Positions 27,798-38,008 are shown, counted from the stretch's first letter. The stretch is DNA of 64,000 nt from an uncultured virus (IMG/VR IMGVR_UViG_3300044715_001903) (IMGVR_UViG_3300044715_001903); one strand, 5' to 3'. Notes: generated from the letters alone by a model not told the origin. Made by a program: numbers and translations.

Positions 27798-29027
27798 ATG
27801 GGCAAAGCGTTAGAGGTTTTTGAAAAAACCTGTAAAAAAGGTAAAGCTTGCGGAAATGCTTGTATTTCCGCGCTTAAAAATTGTGCATCAAAGAAAACTG
27901 GGGAATCCACCAAGGAAACCGGAAAATCTACTAAGGAAACCGGAAAATCTACTAAGGAAACCGGAAAATCTACTAAGGAAACCGGAAAATCTACCAAGGA
28001 AACCGGAAAATCTACTAAGGAAACCGGAGAATCTACTAAAAAGACCAGGGGTTCTACTAAGGAAACCGGGGAATCCACCAAAAAAACTGGAGAATCCACT
28101 CAACCCACTAAAACCACACCTATATCATACAAAGTCGATTCTTCGGATCATAAGGCTTTGATGAACATAGGCAAGGATTTTTCTGATCAAACTATGGGGA
28201 AAGCACTAAAAGCATTACAAGATGCTCAAGCTGAGAAAAAGAATTTCTTTATGGACATAGAGAGGAATAACAAGAAAACCAAACAAGGAAAATGGTTCAA
28301 AAAAGATGAAAAACACGCAGCAAAATTGGATGAGAAAATGTTACTTGCCCAGAAAGAGCTTGAAGCGGCCGCAGAGGGAACGTTACAGAAATTAAAAGCC
28401 CATCATAAAATTGATAGAGAAGATGCAGAAAAATGGGCTAATTCACTTGTTTCTGACAAATTCACGCTCACAGGTAAAGACAGGGAAACAACTCTAACTG
28501 CCTTGGCGGATGCTTATATGATAACAGGCGGCATGGGTACGACAGAACTAAAAAAAGTAGTAAATATCGATACAGATAGAGCCTTTGCAAATCCATACAC
28601 TGGAGAACTAACTTTAGGAAGTAAGGGTCTAAAGATGCTTGACAAAGAATTAGCTCCAGACACTGAAAGTAGCCTTTCTTATCGTCGTGAGACAGTGTTC
28701 CACGAATACGCGCATTTTTCGGAATTTGAGAATAAGCAATTGGCTGTCGCGTCAAGAAAATTCATTGAAGATCGGGCTACGTCGTCTGAGCTTATGAAAA
28801 TAAATGATATAACTGGATTCAGCGGATACAGAGATAATGAGATGGCAATCCCAGACAACTTTATAGACCCCTATGTAGGGAAGATATATGGTCCTTCGGG
28901 TACTTGGACTGAGGTTGTTTCGATGGGAGTTGAAAGCTTTAAAACTCCCTTTCAGATGGCTTCCTTTTACAGGCGAGATCCAGAGCATTTTAATTTTATC
29001 TTAGGAGCGATTTTACATGAAAATTAA
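27798..29027 (+). CDS. Cys-rich N-terminus, repeat linker and zincin-like metallopeptidase domain
   Basis: CKKGKACGNACIS..C; TGKSTKE repeats; HEYAH motif; downstream EVVSMG. Confidence 0.75.
   Translation: MGKALEVFEKTCKKGKACGNACISALKNCASKKTGESTKETGKSTKETGKSTKETGKSTKETGKSTKETGKSTKETGESTKKTRGSTKETGESTKKTGESTQPTKTTPISYKVDSSDHKALMNIGKDFSDQTMGKALKALQDAQAEKKNFFMDIERNNKKTKQGKWFKKDEKHAAKLDEKMLLAQKELEAAAEGTLQKLKAHHKIDREDAEKWANSLVSDKFTLTGKDRETTLTALADAYMITGGMGTTELKKVVNIDTDRAFANPYTGELTLGSKGLKMLDKELAPDTESSLSYRRETVFHEYAHFSEFENKQLAVASRKFIEDRATSSELMKINDITGFSGYRDNEMAIPDNFIDPYVGKIYGPSGTWTEVVSMGVESFKTPFQMASFYRRDPEHFNFILGAILHEN
27894..28100 (+). repeat. 21-bp coding tandem repeat, about 10 units
   Basis: AAGGAAACCGGAAAATCTACT variants. 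Confidence 0.9.
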
Positions 29028-29415
29028 ACTTGAATATTGCCCGTTTGGTGACATAGGCAAAAAAGAATTTACTTTAGCAAGTGTTGAAGTTGAGACGGAA
29101 CATAATGATCCTTTCGAGTTCATTAATCCTGTTGTAAAAGTTCAAAGTTACCCAGCAGCAAGCGACCAAAAAAACAAGCTGAAAGCCGCCGCAGAAAAAG
29201 TAAGTGTCAGACAAAGCATAGAGAAAAGGGCTTTAGACGCTTGGGAAAGAGAGCTTGAGGTTTCGCGTGGATATCAGGGGCATTCTTATTCCCCGAATAA
29301 TCTAGACCTGTCGCACGCTGTTTATAACTTGCCTTCTTTTAAGGTTTTGAGTATAGAAGGCAATGAAGACTTTAAAAGTAAACTCCCGCGTATTCCGAAA
29401 GGAGCGGTTTCATGA
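29017..29415 (+). CDS. Hypothetical partner protein
   Basis: Overlaps the peptidase stop; AGGAG RBS. Confidence 0.7.
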   Translation: MKIKLEYCPFGDIGKKEFTLASVEVETEHNDPFEFINPVVKVQSYPAASDQKNKLKAAAEKVSVRQSIEKRALDAWERELEVSRGYQGHSYSPNNLDLSHAVYNLPSFKVLSIEGNEDFKSKLPRIPKGAVS

Positions 29416-29424
29416 GCAGGTGTT

Positions 29425-29521
29425 TTAAATTCTCGTCCATTGTGTGTTATCCTTGTTTTATTCCTGTTGAACTCTCACAAATTTCGCAGAGAAGACATAG
29501 CACCCCTTGATGAGGTGCTAT
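29425..29521. repeat. About 95-bp imperfect direct repeat, copy 2
   Basis: Matches 27572..27667. Confidence 0.85.
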
Positions 29522-29557
29522 GTCTATATTTAGGGAAAACTCCCAAAAAATCTTATA

Positions 29558-31048
29558 ATGCCATCCTGGGGAACATTACTAAGCCTTGAATCCACGATAC
29601 AGCAAGCCTTGGCGGTAGAATCACAAGGTGAGAGTAAGATCACGCTGTTTGAAGAATTTGAGCCTAATCCTGGCGGACAAACACGGTTTTTAGAGATAGC
29701 TGGCTGGGATAGCACCAACGATTTACCGCAGAGATGGACAGGCTTGCTTGGGGGTATAGGCGGGGGCAAAAGTTTCGCTGGTGCAATTTGGGCGTGTTCC
29801 CGTGCCTTACTCGCACCTGACGCTAGAGGTATGATCAGCGCAAATAGCTACGGGCAATTGAGTAGAGCCACACTTCTGGCATTGGTCGAAGTTTGCCGGA
29901 TGTTCAATATCCCCCTTGAACCTTGGCGTGAGTCGGCAGAAGATCAGGCATTAGCGATCGCCAATTGTCAACGCTGCTATATCGGACCGGATCGGGCGTT
30001 CGTTTACGTTCTGTCAGCGTCAGCTTTTAGTGGTTCAACTCAAGCGGGGCGCGGTTTACAAATCCGGTGGTTTTGGGGAGACGAGTTTGCATATACGCCG
30101 GAAAAGGCATTTTTAACAATTGATGGAAGATTGGGGCGTGGTCCAGGTACGCTCAAAGGTCAAGGAATATTAACCACGTCACCAGCCGGATATAACTATC
30201 TGTGGGATAAATTTGGAGATCCGACACGCAGCGACGACTTAAGACGGATTTACCAAATTGTTTCAATGTCGTCACTGGAAAATAAAAAATATTTAGGGGA
30301 GGATTATGTAGCTTCACTAGAGGCAAACTATAGCGATGAACTGTACCAACAGGAAGTTATGGGGCAGTTCATCAACACGGTACAGGGTTTAATTTACAAA
30401 TACTTTGACCGCACCAAACACTCGTTCCAGGATGAAGATGCCGAACTACTGGAATATGACCCGAATCTCCCTCTGCTGCTAACCTTTGACTTTAACCACA
30501 CGCCTATAGTTTGTTTAGCAGCCCAAAAACGCGGGAACGAAATTCACTTTTGCAAAGAGTGGTTTATGATGGACTCCGATATTTGGGAACTGACGGAAAG
30601 TATTGTGGATTGGGTGGAGAAATACGGCATCCCCCCAGAAATACAAATATTTGGGGATGCCACCGGACGCGCTAGAACTGCGGCTAGTCGGTTAAGTAGT
30701 TGGGATATCGTGTTTCAGGGCTTAGAACCACTAGCCGCAATGCGTGGCAAAGGTTATTTGGTTCGGAAATTTGCAGATGCCAACCCATTTGTTGTGAATC
30801 GGGTCCATTCTGTCAATCAATTGTTCCGCCAAAATCGCTGTTATGTCCACTTTGCGAATTGCCAAAACTTTATCAAGGATTTGGAACAGGTGACGTGGAG
30901 TGATGAGGGTATCAATAAAAACGATAACCCGCTACTCTCTCACCTGAGTGATGCAGCGGGTTATCTGATTCACAGTATTTATCCGTTTAAGAAGGAAACC
31001 AGGGAACGGAAAACTGGTAAACGTAAAATTAGCGGACTCGCAGGTTGA
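29558..31048 (+). CDS. terL: Terminase large subunit
   Basis: GGIGGGKS, WFWGDE, TTSP, nuclease motifs FDFN and HLSDAAGY. Confidence 0.93.
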   Translation: MPSWGTLLSLESTIQQALAVESQGESKITLFEEFEPNPGGQTRFLEIAGWDSTNDLPQRWTGLLGGIGGGKSFAGAIWACSRALLAPDARGMISANSYGQLSRATLLALVEVCRMFNIPLEPWRESAEDQALAIANCQRCYIGPDRAFVYVLSASAFSGSTQAGRGLQIRWFWGDEFAYTPEKAFLTIDGRLGRGPGTLKGQGILTTSPAGYNYLWDKFGDPTRSDDLRRIYQIVSMSSLENKKYLGEDYVASLEANYSDELYQQEVMGQFINTVQGLIYKYFDRTKHSFQDEDAELLEYDPNLPLLLTFDFNHTPIVCLAAQKRGNEIHFCKEWFMMDSDIWELTESIVDWVEKYGIPPEIQIFGDATGRARTAASRLSSWDIVFQGLEPLAAMRGKGYLVRKFADANPFVVNRVHSVNQLFRQNRCYVHFANCQNFIKDLEQVTWSDEGINKNDNPLLSHLSDAAGYLIHSIYPFKKETRERKTGKRKISGLAG

Positions 31049-31065
31049 GATACCTAATGGCGAAA

Positions 31066-31470
31066 TTACTCCCAATCAGTAACGTCAACATCAATGATCT
31101 CTGTCTTGTTCTTTGTCAAAAAGCTACCAATGCGGTAACTTATTTTGTGCTTAAGAACGATAAGAAAGTAGAAAGTCCCCCTAAAATTAAACAAAAAAGC
31201 ATAAGATACTGCATCTATGACAGACACTATAAATGATTTAGGCATTAAGTTCTGGTAGCAGTAGTCCGTATAAACGTCTACCATCTCCAAAGTAGAGTAT
31301 GTGTCGTATTGTGGGAATTGACGCTTACATTCATCTTCCCACGCTCCAAATGCTTTCATAGGTTCATAAGTAAAAGCATACCGGAGATACCACCAGCCGA
31401 ACTTCATTCTTTCCATTGTTTTAATCCTTACATTTTCCTTTTTTAATGCAATCTCCTGTTTGATCGTCAC
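31066..31470 (-). CDS. Hypothetical protein
   Basis: ORF at the end of the leftward recombination operon. Confidence 0.5.
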   Translation of the reverse strand: MTIKQEIALKKENVRIKTMERMKFGWWYLRYAFTYEPMKAFGAWEDECKRQFPQYDTYSTLEMVDVYTDYCYQNLMPKSFIVSVIDAVSYAFLFNFRGTFYFLIVLKHKISYRIGSFLTKNKTEIIDVDVTDWE

Positions 31471-31635
31471 GGGCTGCTATTGTGGGATTAGCAATATTGA
31501 GAATTGTTAAGATTGCTATTAATGCGATCACGATCTGTTTTAATTTCATGGTCACTCCTGGTGATAGGGGTAGGTTTTGCTTGGCGGCTGCCTTCCCTTT
31601 TGAATTGAATAGTTTTATGTCATCGCGGACGGGTT

Positions 31636-31902
31636 TTAGAAAGAATCGGGATCGAATTTTTTGTCTTCTGTTGATTTGAAATTTTTGATTAGATCCAATG
31701 TAAATACGGCAATATTCGCTTTGTGCTTATGGCTTTTCCCTCTTTCACGTATTGCTACTAGCAGCGGCAAGATTTGTACCTCCAGGGGTGGTGGAATTAA
31801 AAGTTTTGTCATTTCAGTAAATAAAACTTCAATTTCCCAGTGAGTAAATTTACCGTCGCTATTTTTAGCAATTTTTTCAAGCCAAAATTCTAAAGATTCC
31901 AT
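31636..31902 (-). CDS. Hypothetical protein
   Basis: GGAGG RBS. Confidence 0.6.
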   Translation of the reverse strand: MESLEFWLEKIAKNSDGKFTHWEIEVLFTEMTKLLIPPPLEVQILPLLVAIRERGKSHKHKANIAVFTLDLIKNFKSTEDKKFDPDSF

Positions 31903-31903
31903 T

Positions 31904-32071
31904 TTAAAAGTCCTCCTGTTCTTGTTCTTTCTTGCCCCCTAAAAGCTCTAATTCTCCAACTAAAATTACGGGTTTTGACCGTAATTCGCCTGTGCTTTTA
32001 TCCGTCCATTCCTCAAATTTTATTTGTCCAAGAATGCCGATTAATCCGCCCTTGCGGACATAATTGCCCAT
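31904..32071 (-). pseudogene. ssb: C-terminal half of a canonical SSB
   Basis: Reads MGNYVRKGGLIGILGQIKFEEWTDKSTGELRSKPVI...EDF; the N-terminal half is absent. Confidence 0.7.
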
Positions 32072-32075
32072 CACC

Positions 32076-32357
32076 TCAACTGATTTTAAACTCAGTTACT
32101 TTGGTTTTAGTGCCGTTACTTTTACTTTCTTTGCTGATAATGTTGATTGCACCAACCAAGACAATAGCTTGATTCTCATCAAGTTGCGCTATTAATTCAG
32201 CTAATTTGCCAAATCCCACACACTTAATCTGTTTGACAGACTCCGATTTACTAGCATTTTGAAATGCTAGTAAGAACTCAGACATAGGTTTGTTGTCATG
32301 GCTATATCTAAGTTGTGGAGGGGATGAAATGATGCCCGATAAAACTGCGTTATTCAT
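32076..32357 (-). CDS. ssb: SSB-like OB-fold protein (possibly truncated)
   Basis: MNNAVLSG...PQLRY...KCVGFGKLAE. Confidence 0.75.
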   Translation of the reverse strand: MNNAVLSGIISSPPQLRYSHDNKPMSEFLLAFQNASKSESVKQIKCVGFGKLAELIAQLDENQAIVLVGAINIISKESKSNGTKTKVTEFKIS

Positions 32358-32506
32358 TTATAGTCCTTTGCCGTCTAAATCCAAAAACAATATTTTCATG
32401 ATGTTTAGCGGTGGCGATTCCACCGCAATTACTTTACTTATTTAACAGCCAAAAAGGAAACTAGGGAGCGGAAGTCAGGGAAGAGACGGGTTAAGGGATT
32501 GGCGGA

Positions 32507-32728
32507 TTAGCGTGAAACATGGTCAGTGTAGTTTTCTGTATTATAAAAAGCGTCTAGGATTTCTCCAACAGCTTCATTAATTTTTTCGATCTGCTTCTGC
32601 CTAAATTCTAAAATCTTTTGACAATAGGCGGGATCGTCAAACTCATGTTCTCTGGCAACATCCGCCAAATAAGATAATGCGGACTTAATAGACTCATGAT
32701 CAATGCAATCAATTTTTGGATATGACAT
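32507..32728 (-). CDS. Hypothetical protein
   Basis: Coupled to erf. Confidence 0.55.
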   Translation of the reverse strand: MSYPKIDCIDHESIKSALSYLADVAREHEFDDPAYCQKILEFRQKQIEKINEAVGEILDAFYNTENYTDHVSR

Positions 32729-32730
32729 GA

Positions 32731-33435
32731 TTACGCAACCTCTGTTAAAACTTTAGGAAACTCACCTCTTAACACTTGTTGCCATTTTTGAACCGATGTT
32801 AAATCAGGGGATTTAACATTTTCTGTATAAGAATGAAGTGCCTGAAATTCATCCACGCCCTGAGAAATTGCCCAGTCAATGCACATATCTTTAATGAGTT
32901 GTTCAGCAGACTCTAGCTCTTTAATTGATGGAACTTGATAACTGGACAGCCAATTTATAACCCAGGCTTTCTCAACTTTCAGAAATTCCCTGATTTGCTT
33001 AATGGCATTGCCAATGGACAATTGTCTGCTGTTGACTGATTGTCTGCTGTTGTAGGTTTTCTGTGCGGTTTTATCATCCTTTGCGCTATTTGCATCGTCA
33101 TCTTCATCAGCCGTGATTGATAACAAAGCACAAACAGTATAGCGGCGGGCATAAGTCAAAGCCGCCCCTTTCTTTTGGCTATCCTGAATATCAGGAAGCT
33201 CATATTCACTGGTCAAAAATTCTCCTGACTCATGAAACAAATGAGTTTTTAATATGCTCCCTTTCTCCATGACTTGGACAATTGCCAATCCATGTTTACA
33301 AAGCACTGGAGTAACAGCGTCTAGAACTGAATCTAGAGATGCATAGGACACTTTAAAATGTGGATTGATTTTGTCTTTTTGTATGGACGGGAACTCAGCC
33401 CGTGCTTTTATCAATGCCTTAATTAGTTCAATCAT
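32731..33435 (-). CDS. erf: ERF-family ssDNA annealing protein
   Basis: NPHFK..YASL...HESGE...GAALTYARRY...DEDDD. Confidence 0.92.
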   Translation of the reverse strand: MIELIKALIKARAEFPSIQKDKINPHFKVSYASLDSVLDAVTPVLCKHGLAIVQVMEKGSILKTHLFHESGEFLTSEYELPDIQDSQKKGAALTYARRYTVCALLSITADEDDDANSAKDDKTAQKTYNSRQSVNSRQLSIGNAIKQIREFLKVEKAWVINWLSSYQVPSIKELESAEQLIKDMCIDWAISQGVDEFQALHSYTENVKSPDLTSVQKWQQVLRGEFPKVLTEVA

Positions 33436-33484
33436 TTTTCACCTTTAAAATATTTTTGAATAGGGGCAATTACGCCCCGTTTAA

Positions 33485-34513
33485 CTAAGCTGCTACTAAA
33501 TGGGTTAATCCGATCAATTCCTTGGCTACAAGCTGCCAATCATCCTGATAATCCTCACCATTCATAGTCCAGCCATGATCATCATTCAGGAAGATTGAAC
33601 CAGCGATCGCCCCATTAATTCTGAGTGTGTAAGATTGTCCATGATCATGGACAAAGTTTGAAAACTCGATATTCATGCTTATGTCTTCGATAATTGGCTC
33701 TATGCGACCAGTGGCACTGTGCATAATCACATTATTTACATATTCATCTTTGATGAATTGTTCTGCCTCTTCATACGAACTAAGAGTTTTTGATTTCTTT
33801 ACCATTTCTACATTCCAGGATTGATCTAAATATATAATTTTGGCAATGACATGATGTATGTTATTGTCGACGATGGCTTCATAATAGCCAAAGTCTGTAG
33901 GAGAAATAAAGCTGATTCTGGATGCTATTGCATTTTTAACAGCGAGTTGATGCTTGCATTCAGCGCCTCTAAAGTGATTATCCCCACACTCACAGCGCTC
34001 TTTTGGGATGGGGTGAGCAGGTGTGACGGTGTAGTAATTGCCATTCTTATGGTTGAGAGTGACAAACTTCACGAAACCATTTTCTGTGTGTTGCTCGATA
34101 ACTTCTACAGATGCGGCTTTTTCAGCCTTTGTTGCGGCTTGCACTTCTAACTCAACCTCTAACTCTTGTTGAGCCAAGGTTTGACTATCTACGAGTGTGT
34201 AGCCCTGCCATTTGCAGTGGCGTTCTGCTTGTTGGTAGGTTGTGGTGCGGTGGACAATCTCACCATTTACCAAAACCATGTAAGGCTGGGTAGAACCCTC
34301 AAAACTTTCACTTTCAAAATCAATAGTTGCTTCTACGACTTCAATTTTTTGAACCTGGGCGGATTGATGCTCAATAATGGCATCAATCCAATTTTGAATA
34401 AGTCTCTTGTCACCTGTGGGCAATACTCCCAAGTCAGAGGCGACTTTTTTAACTTTGATCATTCCTCTGTTGAGGAGTTGTTGACTGGAATAGGTTGGAT
34501 GTGCCATGATCAA
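33485..34513 (-). CDS. SWIM zinc-finger protein
   Basis: CECGD..FRG.ECKH. Confidence 0.75.
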   Translation of the reverse strand: MIMAHPTYSSQQLLNRGMIKVKKVASDLGVLPTGDKRLIQNWIDAIIEHQSAQVQKIEVVEATIDFESESFEGSTQPYMVLVNGEIVHRTTTYQQAERHCKWQGYTLVDSQTLAQQELEVELEVQAATKAEKAASVEVIEQHTENGFVKFVTLNHKNGNYYTVTPAHPIPKERCECGDNHFRGAECKHQLAVKNAIASRISFISPTDFGYYEAIVDNNIHHVIAKIIYLDQSWNVEMVKKSKTLSSYEEAEQFIKDEYVNNVIMHSATGRIEPIIEDISMNIEFSNFVHDHGQSYTLRINGAIAGSIFLNDDHGWTMNGEDYQDDWQLVAKELIGLTHLVAA

Positions 34514-34584
34514 TAAAACCTGATTGGTTAGAAAGCAGTCACCTTGTCCTGAGAAAACTTGTGGCTGCTTTTGTTTACTCTTCT

Positions 34585-34613
34585 ACTATAGCTGGTAACT
34601 ATAGACTTGTCAA
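34585..34613 (-). promoter_or_regulatory. Sigma70-type promoter
   Basis: TTGACA-17-TATAGT; the -35 box contains the stop of the upstream HTH gene. Confidence 0.75.
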
Positions 34614-34930
34614 GAGATTTTCCAAAAAAAATTTGAGACCTTGATCTGTAAGGCTTCGCAGATTTTAGCGAAGGTGTCAGCCCCTACTGTTACCTGTTTT
34701 CGCTTCAATAACCTGGGGTTTTCGATTTGCTGGATATAACCCTCGGCCACTCCAGCCATTTGTGCCAGCTTGGCGCGAGATAACCCTGCGGATTCCCTGT
34801 GTTGCCGTAACTTGGCGGCGTAATCTTGCCCCCAATTAAAAGATGCAATAGGCGTAATGTCCATCTCAATGCTTACCTTTATTTCATAGTTCATAACTAT
34901 AAAAATAATTCCTTTTAGCGTCACTGTCAA
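34610..34930 (-). CDS. XRE-family HTH regulator
   Basis: LRQHRESAGLSRAKLAQMAGVAEGYIQQIE; true start may be downstream. Confidence 0.85.
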   Translation of the reverse strand: MTVTLKGIIFIVMNYEIKVSIEMDITPIASFNWGQDYAAKLRQHRESAGLSRAKLAQMAGVAEGYIQQIENPRLLKRKQVTVGADTFAKICEALQIKVSNFFWKIS

Positions 34931-35036
34931 CTATAGCCTAATCTTGCTCATCCTCATCTTTTTCTTCAGGATGCAGTATTCGCGCTATCTTCAAAGCAAT
35001 CGAGTCTTTTGCGCCTTTTTTTCATAGAATTTCCTC

Positions 35037-35092
35037 TTGACACTCTCAGGGTTAAATCCGCTGAGTTTTACGCTTACCGCGAGGTCTTATAA
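35037..35092 (-). mobile_element. 56-bp IS200/IS605-derived miniature element, copy 1
   Basis: TTAT...CTCAG-hairpin-CTGAG AGTGTCAA; reverse complement of 42701..42756 with 2 mismatches. Confidence 0.65.
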
Positions 35093-35096
35093 AAAC

Positions 35097-35465
35097 TCAC
35101 CCAATTGATAGCCTCTGTCCTGCAGAAGAATTAAATAATATTCCGGTATAAGGGTAAAGCCGCGTTCTAATAGTTTTAATATTATTTGATGGCCGTAGCT
35201 GGTAGCCGTCTTTATCTATTTTTGACGGGTCTAAACTAAGTTCTTCAAATTCTGCGAGGATTGCTTGCACTCGCTCAACTTGAGCCGGCTCAAGATTAAT
35301 TTCCTCTATTGATGATTGCAGCCTATTCTGGATTGAAGTCCCATAACTGAATAAATCGGGCATAAGACGCGACTGACCACTACCACCGGATACTGCTGTG
35401 CTATTCCGTAAGGTGATTTCGTACACTTCGTAAAGCAATCCAATTTCGTGATCAGTCAGAGTCAT
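35097..35465 (-). CDS. Putative head-tail adaptor
   Basis: Position after the capsid gene; helical, 122 aa. Confidence 0.45.
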   Translation of the reverse strand: MTLTDHEIGLLYEVYEITLRNSTAVSGGSGQSRLMPDLFSYGTSIQNRLQSSIEEINLEPAQVERVQAILAEFEELSLDPSKIDKDGYQLRPSNNIKTIRTRLYPYTGILFNSSAGQRLSIG

Positions 35466-35791
35466 GATTGTTGCGCCTCGTAGCTAATGTTGTGATACCC
35501 AGTCCAGGAAACTACTGGGATTTTGGCAATTAGATCCCCTACATCGGCGTAGGGTCTGCCGTCTCGAACTTCCCTGGATTGGGCTGTTGTCAATCCCAAC
35601 TTTTCTGATAAATCTTTGATTGATGCGGAATTGATTTTAATTAGTTCCGCGCTGGGTTCTGTGGGTGCGGGTTGTGGTACAGGCTTTGGTTCATCGGGGG
35701 CGGTGATTCTGTACCCCATCGCCAAGAAGTTGTTCACCTGCATTTCATGGACTTGAACCCCTTGCCCATCTGGAGAAAAGAGGATAGGCAT
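35462..35791 (-). CDS. Helix-hairpin-helix (ComEA-like) domain protein
   Basis: IKINSASIKDL...GL...A...RPY..V.DL. Confidence 0.6.
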   Translation of the reverse strand: MPILFSPDGQGVQVHEMQVNNFLAMGYRITAPDEPKPVPQPAPTEPSAELIKINSASIKDLSEKLGLTTAQSREVRDGRPYADVGDLIAKIPVVSWTGYHNISYEAQQS

Positions 35792-35794
35792 AAT

Positions 35795-37114
35795 TTAGAG
35801 GGATAGGATTAAAGCGCATTTACGGAAGTCGGAAATTTTAGAACCAGTCAGCATATAGTAAGCATTTTTCTCGCTTACCGTGCCAGTATCATAATTCCCC
35901 CTAAAAACCTGAATTGTTAAGTTCGTGTCAGAGTCGGTGACACTTGCTCCTACCGCACCTGATCCAGGAGTAGGTTCAGCAATTCGGCGGGTGGCCATTA
36001 AAATACCTTCACGATGGTTGACGGTATTAATGGACGGAATACTGGGGATGCTGAATAAATCAGTGCCAGCAACAATATCAGTCGCGGTTAATTTTGTGCC
36101 ATTGGGGGCAAAAGGCACAAAACTAACAACGGGGGCAGTGGGAGTGGCTCTACTGATCCTTAGAATCACGCCAAAAGCTTTGACTGTATTACTTGTACCG
36201 ATTCTGGCGATTTGTCCTACTGCGACGCTGTTTGATAAAGCGGTGGTACAAGTCAGGGTTAGGTTGATAGCGCCGACGCTGGTAGTAGTAGTGTTATCAG
36301 CGTAGGTAAAGTCAGTATTGGATGCGGCTGATGCAATGGCTAGAGTCGCTTGTGTTCCGGCGTTGGTATCCAAATCGGTAATCGCACTCTGGGAACTGAT
36401 GACGTTGGATGCGCCGATGTTAAACCCAAAACGGGGTATGAAATTTCTCATACCGTCTTGAATCATTTGTCCACTACCAATGGTGGAGGCGGCAAAACCA
36501 GTTACCGCAATAGAGTCGGACAGGAACGCACCACCAGCCACAGGTGAAATTAGCGCGAAACGGTCAGCCTTGGGGACATTCTCTTTATCCAAAACCACAC
36601 CCGCACCAGTTAGCCCGCTGCTATTGAAGTTGGTTAGTTGCCCGGTGGTGGAATCTACACACGCAGATAAACCAATGGGAGCGTTAGCACCTAAAGCCAC
36701 AGATCCGGTTGTTGCCGTCCAAGTGGTAAACAATGAATTCATGTACTCATCGTTCGGCGTAGCGATCGCATCCGCCATTTGAGATCCAGTTTCTACCAAG
36801 TATCTCTCGATACTTTGACGGGGGTCTAGCCCGTAAGTCACCCAGCCATCAAACCACAGCCGCTCTAAAGCCACCGTACCGGAGAAGAAACCAGCCTCGG
36901 TGAAAGTACCAGCCGCAACGCGAGGGTTTAAGTCTGTAGCTCGTCGTCGTCTTGGACGGCGGATCTTAACCTCATTGCCAACTTCAAAAGCACCGGGTTC
37001 GTAATTTGTAATACAAACACGGGGATACATCGCCATTAAGTTCAATTGCGTTAACGCGCTTAGGGCAATGCGAGTTTCTAAAAGTGCATCGTTACCGGTA
37101 AATTGTGGAGGCAT
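35795..37114 (-). CDS. Major capsid protein (P22 coat-like)
   Basis: G..VKIRRP, LDKENVP..DRF, GFNI..SN motifs; follows the scaffold gene. Confidence 0.85.
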   Translation of the reverse strand: MPPQFTGNDALLETRIALSALTQLNLMAMYPRVCITNYEPGAFEVGNEVKIRRPRRRRATDLNPRVAAGTFTEAGFFSGTVALERLWFDGWVTYGLDPRQSIERYLVETGSQMADAIATPNDEYMNSLFTTWTATTGSVALGANAPIGLSACVDSTTGQLTNFNSSGLTGAGVVLDKENVPKADRFALISPVAGGAFLSDSIAVTGFAASTIGSGQMIQDGMRNFIPRFGFNIGASNVISSQSAITDLDTNAGTQATLAIASAASNTDFTYADNTTTTSVGAINLTLTCTTALSNSVAVGQIARIGTSNTVKAFGVILRISRATPTAPVVSFVPFAPNGTKLTATDIVAGTDLFSIPSIPSINTVNHREGILMATRRIAEPTPGSGAVGASVTDSDTNLTIQVFRGNYDTGTVSEKNAYYMLTGSKISDFRKCALILSL

Positions 37115-37141
37115 AAATTTTCTTTGTAGAAATTACTTGGA

Positions 37142-38008
37142 TTAAGCTTTCCCAAATTGCTGTTCAAGGAGTTGGTTATAGGCTTTCATGGCTTCGGGGT
37201 CTTTGTTGTAGTTGTCGTAAATTTCCTGAGCAGTCATTTTTGCAAAATCGTATGGACTCTTTTGAGGTGTAGGGCGACTACCGGGTGTGGCATCTGTTCC
37301 CGTTCCGGCTCTAGGAACAGCAAAATGGGCAAATTCTGTTTCCAGTATGTTTGGGAGAACATCTTTAAATTCAGCCTTAACGAGATCTCCAAATTTATCG
37401 GTAGATCTGATGTACAGTTTGTTAGCTTCTTTGTCCTCGATCAGCAATCCGCGCTTTTCCAGTAGGGTTAGTAAATCGCCTTCGGTGTTTGACCGTACCA
37501 AACCTAATGCCCGCATTTGATCCAATACTTCATTCCTCATGCGAGATTGCCGGTCCGTTTCTCTAAGAGCTTGAGTTTCCCTGTCCCGATCGTCAAGCTG
37601 TTGTTGAATCTGTTGGATCTGGGACTCATACTGTGATTTGACCTGCTCTGTTAAAGATGCTTTGATCTCTTCTATCTCATTGCCAGTTAATCGGGGTTCT
37701 CCGGCTGAGGTTGGGGTAGCTGATTCTTCTTCCTCTGTTTCCTGTCTCAACTTATTGAGAAAGTCAAGACTTGGGTTTATTGCTTCAAATCTCTCTTCCA
37801 ATTGATGAGCCATTTGCTCGGATAACTTGGTTGAAGATTCCGATATGGCATCAAAAAGTTTTTTAACATCTCGCTGTTGTTTTTCGATTATTTCAATCTG
37901 TTCGGTTAATGGCTTAACAGCCCCTTCTATCACCGCAGGAAGAATTGCAGGGATTGTGGATTTAATAGCGTCTTGGATGGCTGCAAGAATTTCGGGGTCT
38001 AATGGCAT
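37142..38008 (-). CDS. Capsid scaffolding protein
   Basis: Acidic coiled coil with GTG..PG tail, immediately upstream of the capsid gene. Confidence 0.75.
   Translation of the reverse strand: MPLDPEILAAIQDAIKSTIPAILPAVIEGAVKPLTEQIEIIEKQQRDVKKLFDAISESSTKLSEQMAHQLEERFEAINPSLDFLNKLRQETEEEESATPTSAGEPRLTGNEIEEIKASLTEQVKSQYESQIQQIQQQLDDRDRETQALRETDRQSRMRNEVLDQMRALGLVRSNTEGDLLTLLEKRGLLIEDKEANKLYIRSTDKFGDLVKAEFKDVLPNILETEFAHFAVPRAGTGTDATPGSRPTPQKSPYDFAKMTAQEIYDNYNKDPEAMKAYNQLLEQQFGKA

Noticed and set aside
27776..28161. Alternative-frame ORFs 27776..28099, 27820..28161 and 27888..28103
   Set aside because: Stop-free by-products of the 21-bp tandem repeat.
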